Shown piece after piece: positions 8,901 through 16,439 of a stretch of 48,193 nt of DNA (position 1 is the first letter of the stretch; each line of letters begins with the position of its first letter). A program made the position numbers and the translations under genes. The DNA is taken from the NCBI GenBank assembly GCA_037445875.1, contig JBBIJR010000005.1, positions 24,561 to 72,753 on the forward strand. Direction: 5' to 3'. A model generated the notes under the pieces. The model was not told the origin of the DNA, searched no databases, and saw only the letters and a program-made list of their open reading frames with translations. Source of the stretch: Bacteroidota bacterium (GTDB lineage Bacteria; CLD3; SB21).

Positions 8901-10752
8901 CGAGCGGGCGGTGCGCCTTGACGCCGGCAACGCGTCCGCGTGGCATCAGCTGGGAGCGGTATCGTATGCTCTCGGCAATTTCGATCGGGCCACCGGGAGC
9001 CTCACGCGATGCATCGAGCTCAATCCCCACGATACGCAGGCGTACACGTATTTGGGAAGCATGCGGGCCTCTCTGGAGGATTACACGGGTGCGATCAGCT
9101 ACTTCGAGCGGGTCCTCCAGCTGAAACCGAGAGACGCCCAGGCGCATTTCAGTCTGGGTAACGCACATTTCGACAAGGCTGATTACGCCCGGGCCATCCT
9201 GCATTACGAAAAGGCGCTCGAACACGAACCGCAGCACGTTTTTGCATGGGTTCACACGGGCCTTGCCTATCAGCATCTCAAGGACTACCCCAAAGCCGTG
9301 GATGCCTTCAAGAAGGCCATTTCCATCGACCCCGGCGATCCATACATTTACGACTGTCTCGGATCCGTTTTTGCCCGTCAAGGCCGCTACGATCAGGCCA
9401 TTCCGTACCTGACGAAATCGCTCGATCTCGATCCGGACAATGCCGAGACGATGCGCCGTCTGGCAGATGTATTCCAGGAATCCAGGCAGTACGACCGCGC
9501 GATCGAGTATTACGAACGGGCGATACGGAACGGCCACATCCAGCCGGCGGCCTTTTACAATCTGGCCAACGCCCAGTATGAGGAGGAACGGTTTGAGGAG
9601 GCCGTCATCAATTACGAAAAGGCGATCGAACTGGATCCAAGCGCTCACAGGGCGTTTTTCAATCTGGGTAATCTCTATTACCGCTTGAAGCGTTTCGATA
9701 AAGCCATAGCGTGCTTCCAGCGGGCCATCGAGAAGGGCCCCGCGGATGCGCGCGCCTATACCAACCTCGGCAGCGTGTACTACGATCAAAAGGACTACGT
9801 CAACGCGATATTCAATTTTCGAAAAGTGGTCGAGCTCAAGCCCGACGATCCCCGCCCGCATTTCCAGCTTGCTAACACGTATTTTGACCTGAAAGACTTT
9901 GACGAGGCCATTCAGCATTACCAGCGTGCGATCGCCCTGAACGGAGCGGATGCCCGGTATCATTTCAATCTGGGGAAGGCTTATCTGGAGAAAAAGGACC
10001 TACCCGGCGCCCTGCGTTGTTTCGATGAGGCGTTGGAACTGGATCCGCACGATATCAAGGCCCACGTGCAGCTCGGCCATGCGCTGTTGGAGTCGGGGGA
10101 TGCCGTCCGGGCCATCCGTCATTATCAGCGCGCTGCAGAGTTGGGTCCCGACCAGCCGTACCTGAATCTCTTGCTCGCGTTGTCGTACCACGATCTGAAG
10201 GACTACGCCCACGCCATCCAGTATTATCGAAAGGTACTGTCGATGGATCCCGAAGACGCTCTCACGCACTTCAACCTTGGGCGCGCGTATGAAGACAACC
10301 GGCAGTACACCGAGGCCCTGGGCTGCTACGAGCGATCGGTACAGCTGGATGCCTCGCGCCTTGCGGCGCACTTGAACTTGGGTAATCTGTATCTTTTCGC
10401 GGGGCGGTACGACGACGCCATCGCGGCGTACCTGCGCGCCGTGGAGTTGAATCCGGATCACGCGGACCTGCACTCGAATCTCAGTCATGCGTATCAGCTC
10501 AAGAGGAACCCCGCTGCTGCGCTGCAGCATGCCCGGCGCGCCTTAGAACTTGAACCGCGCCATCCCCTGGCGTACTACAACCTGGCCTGTCTCTACGCAA
10601 ACACGAACAACATCGAGGCGTCACTCACGGCCCTTGACAATGCGCTCCAAGTCGGGTTCAACGACTTGGTCAAACTGAAGACCGATCCCGACCTCGAACC
10701 GCTCCGTCACACCAAAGAATACAAGAAACTCCTAAAGAAGCACCAATCATGA
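5929..10752 (+). CDS. Class III adenylate/guanylate cyclase - STAND (NB-ARC-like) NTPase - winged helix - 28 TPR protein
   Basis: Cyclase motifs: 'FFSDLKGFT', 'KIIGDS', 'RIGVHSG', 'DIMGNAVNHAAR'. STAND motifs: 'FVGRKEE', Walker A 'GFGGMGKT', Walker B 'LCIDD', sensor 'LTSR', 'GQPLAI' and MHD-like 'LHDLIR'. These are followed by 34-aa TPRs. Confidence 0.9.
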   Translation: MLKEGRYYKVIFFSDLKGFTQRTKELGDTGIERLMKEIYEIALPQFDKHHGYLHKIIGDSFLAVFDNSDSAVACAIELQSTFKQLNRSRTDREKIQIRIGVHSGEINITRIGDRLDIMGNAVNHAARYEPKARPGGMLISEDVYKALEKVDKFLFEEIRLDLKDYPDTTCYYCIDFGPPDSTLSPARPAILPEEFKQFPATPGFVGRKEEIEIIGRAVSNHTILVIMGFGGMGKTYLMSRFAQENLPSHDPVWFRIYDDTPLDRWLFFLSDYLFSRGFSEFRSLLEQEQRDTMNRISILSSAPEGREPRRASFEDKMKTLSRELDASGAALCIDDYHKLKDPERSKFDAALEYLDQHLTAARVFLTSRKRPNFVLTAKNTFLLGKDEGLRGLRKDEAFDLIRRLAITDRPDELEQAYAITNGQPLAIEMLGVLKGDGSYTLKEILNNFSAIDDSEELNENFISRVFEILDETEFALIRQLSVINGPFTNELIYLLVEKRDRKVIKSLIEKAMIIRRRNEEGIETDHFYLHDLIRKIAMARLDERARQTAHTKAAHYYQTIAPGDIEELVRIENLCLHLSALGRFDEANTHLFDYLQSVSIHSEKDVKILIPLLERALDHPLTDRTMRTVFLFQLAYGYFRIHDYHKALRVAEPLPELSPDNEKVHFLFGNIHFNLTDLDRALIHFRKAAELYPNAPFIYIRIGDTYRHLGQHESALTYYKKAIDLNPNYAYPYAQLAVSCRKLGDLDTAVTHLQKAVELNPEFFDAYLQLGLVYQESKDLTRAIAAFQRAVELSPDYAEVHLNLGVAYARAKDFPNALESFRKALELNDRLELAYYNLGLVYQEMQDYRQAVTMYLKCTVLNERHADAQFNLGVCFGELKDAEKAAYHIQKALALVPGVPEYHARLGDYYAELRDEEAALREYRKALDIRPDHPPVLHRLGLAYERFGRVDQALEVMQRLVRVQPDHVDALLELGRLYADRKDLRAACEFLERAVRLDAGNASAWHQLGAVSYALGNFDRATGSLTRCIELNPHDTQAYTYLGSMRASLEDYTGAISYFERVLQLKPRDAQAHFSLGNAHFDKADYARAILHYEKALEHEPQHVFAWVHTGLAYQHLKDYPKAVDAFKKAISIDPGDPYIYDCLGSVFARQGRYDQAIPYLTKSLDLDPDNAETMRRLADVFQESRQYDRAIEYYERAIRNGHIQPAAFYNLANAQYEEERFEEAVINYEKAIELDPSAHRAFFNLGNLYYRLKRFDKAIACFQRAIEKGPADARAYTNLGSVYYDQKDYVNAIFNFRKVVELKPDDPRPHFQLANTYFDLKDFDEAIQHYQRAIALNGADARYHFNLGKAYLEKKDLPGALRCFDEALELDPHDIKAHVQLGHALLESGDAVRAIRHYQRAAELGPDQPYLNLLLALSYHDLKDYAHAIQYYRKVLSMDPEDALTHFNLGRAYEDNRQYTEALGCYERSVQLDASRLAAHLNLGNLYLFAGRYDDAIAAYLRAVELNPDHADLHSNLSHAYQLKRNPAAALQHARRALELEPRHPLAYYNLACLYANTNNIEASLTALDNALQVGFNDLVKLKTDPDLEPLRHTKEYKKLLKKHQS
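7810..10665 (+). repeat. Array of 28 in-register 34-aa (102-nt) TPR repeats within the cyclase-STAND gene
   Basis: Counted by hand from 'FLFQLAYGYF...SPDN' to 'PLAYYNLACL...GFND'. Every unit keeps the xxxxxxLG...A...A..L.P pattern without insertions. The units are diverged at DNA level. Confidence 0.85.
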
Positions 10753-13061
10753 ACCTGCACTTCATCGCCTGCGTGGGCTATCTTCTCGCGGGAACCGCTA
10801 TCCTGAGCGCGCAGTCCGGGCGGTCCGAACTGCTCATCGTGCCCTTCGAACAGGAAGGTGCGCTCAAAGACAGCACGGCCGAGTGGGCCGGCTTTGCCCT
10901 GACCGACGTGCTGCAGCGCGGGCTGGCCGATCTGAAGGTTCGTCTCCTCGATCATCGGCCCCGCGCATCGGATTACGTCAAAGCGGCGCGCGAAGGACGC
11001 AAACAGCTCGTACTGGACGGGACCTACCAGATTGCGGGCGGGCGCATCGAGGTTCGTCTTCAGCTGGTTCCCGTCGCCCAGGGGAGTGTTCCAGACAGGG
11101 AATTCAAGTATAAGCACTCCTGGCCGGAGGCGTTCTGGGAGCTGCAGGAGAAAATGCTTCTGGACGTACGAAAGCACCTCGCGGCGGGGAGCAAAACCGC
11201 GGATGTCCGGGCTGTCGTGCGCGTGATCCGGGACACGGACGCCTACAGGAAGCTGATGCGGGCGCGGCTGCTCGCGCAGCGGCGAAGCGCTGCCGCATCC
11301 GCCGTGGACAGCCTCTTTGCGCAAGCGCTTTCCACCGACCCCCGCTCGACGTTCGGCTGGATGGCCTGGGCCGGTTGGGCGGCCGGACAGGGACAATACG
11401 ACCGGGCGCTCGACCGGTACCGCCGAAGCCTGGCGGTGGACTCGGCGCAGCCCGGTGTTTTCCGCCGCATCGGCGACATCTATTTCAATCACAAAGACGA
11501 CATCAAAGCCGCCCGAGAGGCCTATCGACGAGAGTTGACACTCCGTCCTGGCGACGCTGTGACGTTAACCGAGATGGGCCACACCTATTACGTGCAGCAG
11601 GAGTACGGACAGGCCCAGTCGTACGCAAAGCAGGCCCTCGCTCATTCACCCGCATCGGGCGGGGCCCTGAACCTCCTCGGCTTGTGTTCCATGGCGCTCG
11701 GTGATTCCACCGCGGCGATTCAATACTTCATGGACGCTGCGGCGGCCGATGCATGCGAAATCCCTTCGCGCAAGAACCTCGCACGCCATTACGAATCGAC
11801 GGGCCGTTTTGACGCGGCGGGTGCGCTCTACCGCGAGATCCTGGCCTGTGATGAAAATGACGCCCTCGCTCACCTGTCTCTTGCCAACCTCTTGTATCAC
11901 AAAGTGGGGACTCACCAATCCGCCCTGCTATCGTTTGTCCAGGCCGTCCTGCGCAAGCCTGAACTGGAAAGCGCCAGAACCAACCCCATCCAGGTGATCC
12001 AATGGCTGACCCAGAACAGAAAATCCCCGGATCGGCTCATGCAGATTGCCGACACGCTGGAATATGAACTGTTCGATCTCGAGGACCGGGCGGAGGAGTT
12101 TCGTTACCGAACGGCGCTCGGGTTCTGCTACACCTACTACCTCGGCCGTCCATCGGACGCCATTAACCATCTCGAGATCGCGTGGATGATCCGTCCGGAG
12201 CCGAGGCTGCATTTCTATCTCGGCGAGGCGTTCTTCGCCCTCGAAAAATGGTCCCAGGCGCTGAGTCACTACTTCGAATATCAGGAGCATACCCAGGGTT
12301 CATACGATTATGCCAAAGGCCTCCAGGCGATCGCAAAGGTGCTGATCAAGCAGAATCGCTTCGAGGAGGCCCAGTTGGAGATACTCAAGAGTCTGCGCCT
12401 GTATCCGAACGCCGAGTCGTATTTCTGGTACGGCGTTGCGCTGAGCAACCAACAGCAGTACGAAGCGGCCGTTGCCGCGCTGGAGAAGGCCGTGGGCCTG
12501 TATCCCAGCTATACCGACGCGCAGGTCGAACTGGGTCACACCTATTTTGCCATGAAGAAGTATGATGAGGCGCTTGCGCATCTTCGAATGGCGGCCGCCC
12601 TGGACACCGGACGCGCCGCGCTAAGGCAGGCCCTGGCCCTGGTGTTCCTTGCTCAAGGCAACTATTCCGAAGCCGAGGCGGAGGTCGATCGCGCGCTCGC
12701 AATCGCAGAAAGGCAGAAGGAACAGACGGCCGCGTACTACGGAACGAGGGGAGAAATCCTCCTCAAGTTGAAAAAATATCCTGAGGCCCGCGTACAGTTT
12801 CACCGGCAGGTCGAACTCGACAGTGGTGCCGCCACCGCCTGCTATCGGCTGGCGGCCACCTATGCCATTGACAAAGATGTGAAAAACACCGTTCTGTGGC
12901 TCGAACGGGCCTTCCAGAAAGATTTTGTGCAATTCGGTCTGCTCGACGACGAACGGCTGTTTGATCCGGTGCGCGACAGTAAACCCTTCCACATGCTGGT
13001 GTCGCGCTATCGCCAGGAGTACAACGAACGTTTGATGAAATCCCTCAAAATCAAACCCTAG
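10749..13061 (+). CDS. Exported TPR protein with N-terminal TolB-N/FlgO-like domain and C-terminal TPR cap domain
   Basis: Signal peptide 'MNLHFIACVGYLLAGTAILSA-Q', then 'LLIVPFE...LVLDGTYQIAGGRIEVRLQLV' and multiple TPRs. ATGA overlap with the upstream gene. Confidence 0.8.
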   Translation: MNLHFIACVGYLLAGTAILSAQSGRSELLIVPFEQEGALKDSTAEWAGFALTDVLQRGLADLKVRLLDHRPRASDYVKAAREGRKQLVLDGTYQIAGGRIEVRLQLVPVAQGSVPDREFKYKHSWPEAFWELQEKMLLDVRKHLAAGSKTADVRAVVRVIRDTDAYRKLMRARLLAQRRSAAASAVDSLFAQALSTDPRSTFGWMAWAGWAAGQGQYDRALDRYRRSLAVDSAQPGVFRRIGDIYFNHKDDIKAAREAYRRELTLRPGDAVTLTEMGHTYYVQQEYGQAQSYAKQALAHSPASGGALNLLGLCSMALGDSTAAIQYFMDAAAADACEIPSRKNLARHYESTGRFDAAGALYREILACDENDALAHLSLANLLYHKVGTHQSALLSFVQAVLRKPELESARTNPIQVIQWLTQNRKSPDRLMQIADTLEYELFDLEDRAEEFRYRTALGFCYTYYLGRPSDAINHLEIAWMIRPEPRLHFYLGEAFFALEKWSQALSHYFEYQEHTQGSYDYAKGLQAIAKVLIKQNRFEEAQLEILKSLRLYPNAESYFWYGVALSNQQQYEAAVAALEKAVGLYPSYTDAQVELGHTYFAMKKYDEALAHLRMAAALDTGRAALRQALALVFLAQGNYSEAEAEVDRALAIAERQKEQTAAYYGTRGEILLKLKKYPEARVQFHRQVELDSGAATACYRLAATYAIDKDVKNTVLWLERAFQKDFVQFGLLDDERLFDPVRDSKPFHMLVSRYRQEYNERLMKSLKIKP

Positions 13062-13068
13062 GAACGGC

Positions 13069-13893
13069 ATGGATTCACCGCTCGAGACCGACCGCGTCAG
13101 CGTCCCCGACGACGACCGAAGCGAATCGGTGCGCCATCATTTCGGCCGACTGTACAACATCATGCGCGAACTCCGCCGCCAATGTCCCTGGGACCGCGAA
13201 CAGACCCATGAGACGCTGCGGCAGTATCTGCTGGAAGAAACCTATGAGGTGCTCGAATCGCTGGACGAGAGGCGGTACGATGAGCTGTGCAAAGAAATGG
13301 GCGATCTCATGCTGCAGGTGCTGTTCCATTCGAGGATCGCTTCCGAGAACCGCCGGTTCGATCTGGTCGACGTATTGCAACTGATCAACGACAAGCTGAT
13401 CCGCCGCCATCCCCACGTGTTCGGGACGGTGGAGGCAAACAATGCCGAGCAAGTGCTACGCAACTGGGAACAAATCAAGTTACAAGAAGCAGACCGTACC
13501 TCTGTGCTGGACGGTGTCCCCAAAGCGCTCCCGGCTCTCGTGCGGGCCTACCGCGTCCAGGAGAAGGCCTCCCGCGTCAGCTTCGACTGGAACGATGTGC
13601 GCGATGTGTGGCCGAAAGTCCACGAAGAGATCCGTGAGGTGCAGGAAGCTGCCACCGGTAAGGACGCCAAACGCATAGAAGACGAAATGGGCGACCTGCT
13701 GTTCACGGTCGTTAACGTGTGCCGGTTCCTTGCCGTCAATCCGGAGGATGCGCTGCGCGGCACCATCGAGAAGTTCATCCGCCGCTTCCGCTACGTCGAA
13801 AACAAGTATGCGGAAATGAACCGCAACATGAAGGACTCTACGCTTGAGGAACTCGATCGGTACTGGGACGAAGCGAAAAAGAAGGGCGTGTGA
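13069..13893 (+). CDS. mazG: Nucleoside triphosphate pyrophosphohydrolase MazG (tandem-domain type)
   Basis: Motifs 'CPWDREQTHETL', 'EETYEV', 'EMGDLMLQVLFH', 'KLIRRHPHVF' and a second domain 'EMGDLLF...KFIRRF'. Confidence 0.95.
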   Translation: MDSPLETDRVSVPDDDRSESVRHHFGRLYNIMRELRRQCPWDREQTHETLRQYLLEETYEVLESLDERRYDELCKEMGDLMLQVLFHSRIASENRRFDLVDVLQLINDKLIRRHPHVFGTVEANNAEQVLRNWEQIKLQEADRTSVLDGVPKALPALVRAYRVQEKASRVSFDWNDVRDVWPKVHEEIREVQEAATGKDAKRIEDEMGDLLFTVVNVCRFLAVNPEDALRGTIEKFIRRFRYVENKYAEMNRNMKDSTLEELDRYWDEAKKKGV

Positions 13894-13908
13894 CAACAAG
13901 CAGTGTAA

Positions 13909-14112
13909 TCCAATCGAGATCTCCGGAGGTATCTGGAGGTTCTCAAGCACCTGACGGCGGAACAACGTATGAGAAAGGTGTTCGAGCTGTCCGAGATGGT
14001 CCGGAGCGACTTTCTCGATGGGATCCGCCGGAGATACCCGGCAGAAACGGACCAAGAAATCCATCAATTGATGCTTGAGAGGCTGGGCCGGTGCCACAAC
14101 CGCAACTATTAG
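13909..14112 (+). pseudogene. Small helical protein ending ...CHNRNY, upstream partner of the nucleotidyltransferase; original start appears lost
   Basis: Not in the ORF track. The frame after TAA 13906 reads RRYLEVLKHLTAEQRMRKVFELSEMVRSDFLDGIRRRYPAETDQEIHQLMLERLGRCHNRNY*. The only in-frame ATG near the 5' end is at 13969. It overlaps the next gene. Confidence 0.55.
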
Positions 14113-14656
14113 TTAAGGTTCTCCAGGTGCTGAACGCGAAGCATATCGACTGCATGCTCACCGGATCTCTTGCATCCAGCATGCAAGGGGAGCCTCGATC
14201 CACTCACGATATCGACCTGGTCGTTGAGCTGGCGGAGAATGCTGTCCGTTCTCTGGTCGACGCATTTCCTCCTCCGGCCTACTATTTGTCGTTCGAGGAG
14301 GCGGCCGATGCGGTTCGACGAAAAACCATGTTCAATCTGCTGGAAACGACTACGGGCGACAAGATCGACTTATGGCTGCTGACAAATGATCGATACGATC
14401 AACGCCGTTTTCGCGGAAGATCGAGGTGGAAGCCTTTGGGACTTGCTTGAAAGGTTTGCTCCGGAAGACACGATTCTCATGAAGCTGCGATGGGCTAAGG
14501 TGAGCGGCGGTAGTGAAAGCAGTTCGTAGACGCTCTTCGGGTTTACGAACTCCAATGCGCAGTATTGAACTTGTCCTATCCGACACGAGGGTCCATGATC
14601 TTGGTTTAGAAGATCTCTGGGACCGAGTCCTAACAGCAGCGAATCCCCTCCGTTAG
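14091..14656 (+). pseudogene. Nucleotidyltransferase-fold protein (DUF6036-like), multiply frameshifted
   Basis: Pol-beta-type motif 'MLTGSLASSMQGEPRSTHDIDLVV'. The C-terminus continues across shifting frames: 'SRKIEVEAFG', 'APEDTILMKLRWAKVSGGSE', 'KQFVDALRVYELQ', 'VHDLGLEDLWDRVL...*' (TAG 14654-14656). Confidence 0.7.
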
Positions 14657-14692
14657 GCCGGTCGGAATCCGTGCTCGGGACGGATTGGAAGG

Positions 14693-15616
14693 TTGCTGAA
14701 GTTGAAAAACCAGTATAAGCGCCAGGACGTTTTCCTTTGCACACACGACGCACACGCGCAGCATGGCCACCGCGTGTCGGTCTATCACACGATGCACCGG
14801 AAAGGGTGCTTCCCCGATGGATGCACGTATTTTCGATGGAAGTGTCAGCAACTTGAGCACCGGCGCAAATGTTACCGCGGGTATCGTCATGTAGGCAGGA
14901 AGTGTTTCGGATGCAAATTTTTTGATGAAGAGAAATTTACACGCAATCTCCGACGGTCGCCGGATATCGATTATGCTCAGTTCCTGGAGGACCTGGAGGA
15001 ATTCGAAGACTGGCTGCTCGATGCGGAGAATCGAGAGCACTGGTGTCTCGGTGTGGTCGGCTCGATCAAGCCTCATCTGACGCAGGCTTGGTACGGAGGA
15101 AGGCCGGGTAAACCTGTCAGGGAGCACACACAACTGTCGGGTTACCTGATCGGCTTCAAAGAATCATTCATTGGCCGTACGCACTTCGACGACCCCACCT
15201 ACGCAAGAATCGGTCGGGATATGCAGAATCGACTCAAGTTTCGCGCCGGAGATCGGGTGGAATTCAAAGCCACACTGGTCGTTTCCGAAGGACGACTGCT
15301 GTTTCGATCGTTGAAACAGATTGCGTGGCTGGAGCGCGGCCCGGAGCAGGAGGTTTGGGACGACAGCCGCGCATTGGTCGCCCGTGCGACGGGCACGACG
15401 CTGGAACGCCAAGCCGACAAGTGTGTGGCCTGCGACCAGGGCATGCTGATCGATGTGTTGGACCGGACCGATGCGGAGGAACGCTTCCACCACCGGATCT
15501 TCTGCATGAAAGGCATGCCCTCCGCCGCCCTCTGTACGTACAATACGTCTTGCGATCTGTACGGTCAGACGTGCAGCAACCGTTATTATCTCTCCACCGT
15601 CTCACATCGCCCATGA
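14693..15616 (+). CDS. Hypothetical Cys/His-rich protein, probably metal-binding
   Basis: 307-aa ORF with TTG start that fills the gap between genes and overlaps the next ATG. Motifs include CTHDAH, CFPDGC, CFGC and CVAC. Confidence 0.7.
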   Translation: MLKLKNQYKRQDVFLCTHDAHAQHGHRVSVYHTMHRKGCFPDGCTYFRWKCQQLEHRRKCYRGYRHVGRKCFGCKFFDEEKFTRNLRRSPDIDYAQFLEDLEEFEDWLLDAENREHWCLGVVGSIKPHLTQAWYGGRPGKPVREHTQLSGYLIGFKESFIGRTHFDDPTYARIGRDMQNRLKFRAGDRVEFKATLVVSEGRLLFRSLKQIAWLERGPEQEVWDDSRALVARATGTTLERQADKCVACDQGMLIDVLDRTDAEERFHHRIFCMKGMPSAALCTYNTSCDLYGQTCSNRYYLSTVSHRP

Positions 15617-16410
15617 TGCCTGCACTGACCGAGACCCTTGTTGTAGAGACGCCGGAGAACATCTCCCTTGAATTCGAGGTGGCCGGTCTGGGCTCGCGTT
15701 TCCTGGCATTTCTCGTTGACACCGTCATGCAGGCCCTGATCCTCCTGATGGCGTTCTACGTGGGTAGTCTCGTCCTGGCCGCCGTTGCCGGCGTGTTCAG
15801 GATAAACGGAATGGCCGGTAGCCTGCAAACCACCCTGATGATCCTCAGCGCGTTCGTGGTCTACGAGTGTTACTTTGTTTATTTCGAAATGCGCTTGCAC
15901 GGGCAATCGATCGGAAAGAAATTGCTCAACCTGCGCGTCGTCAAGGATGGGGGCCATCCGATCGTGTTCATGGACTCCGCCATACGGAACATCCTGCGAG
16001 TGATCGACGCCTTGCCGCCCTTGTTCTTTTTTCCAAGCTACGGACTGGGCAGTGCCGTCATCATGTGCAATCGGCAGTCGAAACGTCTCGGCGACTTTGT
16101 GGCCGGCACGATCGTGATCAAAGAGCGATCGATGACGGGCTTCGAGCATTTTGCAGCCATCCGGACCAATCCGGAGCATCTTCGCCGTCTCCGCTTGACC
16201 CACCTCCAGCGCATGCAGGACACGGACAAGTACATTTTGAGGGAGTTCTTCTTCCGAAAGAACACTTTTCCACCGCCCGTCCGCGATACGATCGCCTCCA
16301 AGCTGGCGGCGCGGTTTCGAAAGAGACTTGAGATTCCTGCAGATCTGTACAACAACAATGTGCGGCTGCTCGACGACCTTATGTTGCTGCTCGAGAGCCG
16401 TCGGTCCTGA
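15613..16410 (+). CDS. RDD family membrane protein
   Basis: Motifs 'ETPENISLEFEVAGLGSRFLAFLVD', 'GQSIGKKLLNLRVV', 'IRNILRVID' and 'RLGDFVAGTIV'. Confidence 0.9.
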   Translation: MMPALTETLVVETPENISLEFEVAGLGSRFLAFLVDTVMQALILLMAFYVGSLVLAAVAGVFRINGMAGSLQTTLMILSAFVVYECYFVYFEMRLHGQSIGKKLLNLRVVKDGGHPIVFMDSAIRNILRVIDALPPLFFFPSYGLGSAVIMCNRQSKRLGDFVAGTIVIKERSMTGFEHFAAIRTNPEHLRRLRLTHLQRMQDTDKYILREFFFRKNTFPPPVRDTIASKLAARFRKRLEIPADLYNNNVRLLDDLMLLLESRRS

Positions 16411-16439
16411 CACCACTCATCCAACGCGGAAGGTTTCAC

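Noticed and set aside
7897-9963. 688-aa minus-strand ORF, plus neighbours 7051-7863 and 10000-10530
   Set aside because: Antisense shadow of the TPR array. It has no motifs, and the codon bias of a GC-rich gene suppresses stops on the opposite strand.
13069-13893. mazG as a dedicated anti-phage effector
   Set aside because: The sequence matches the ordinary tandem-domain housekeeping MazG, so a defence role cannot be claimed from sequence. It is kept only as context.
13890-14078. 62-aa ORF overlapping the mazG stop
   Set aside because: It is Pro/Gly/Ser-rich and not protein-like. The overlapping frame ending CHNRNY is the better candidate.
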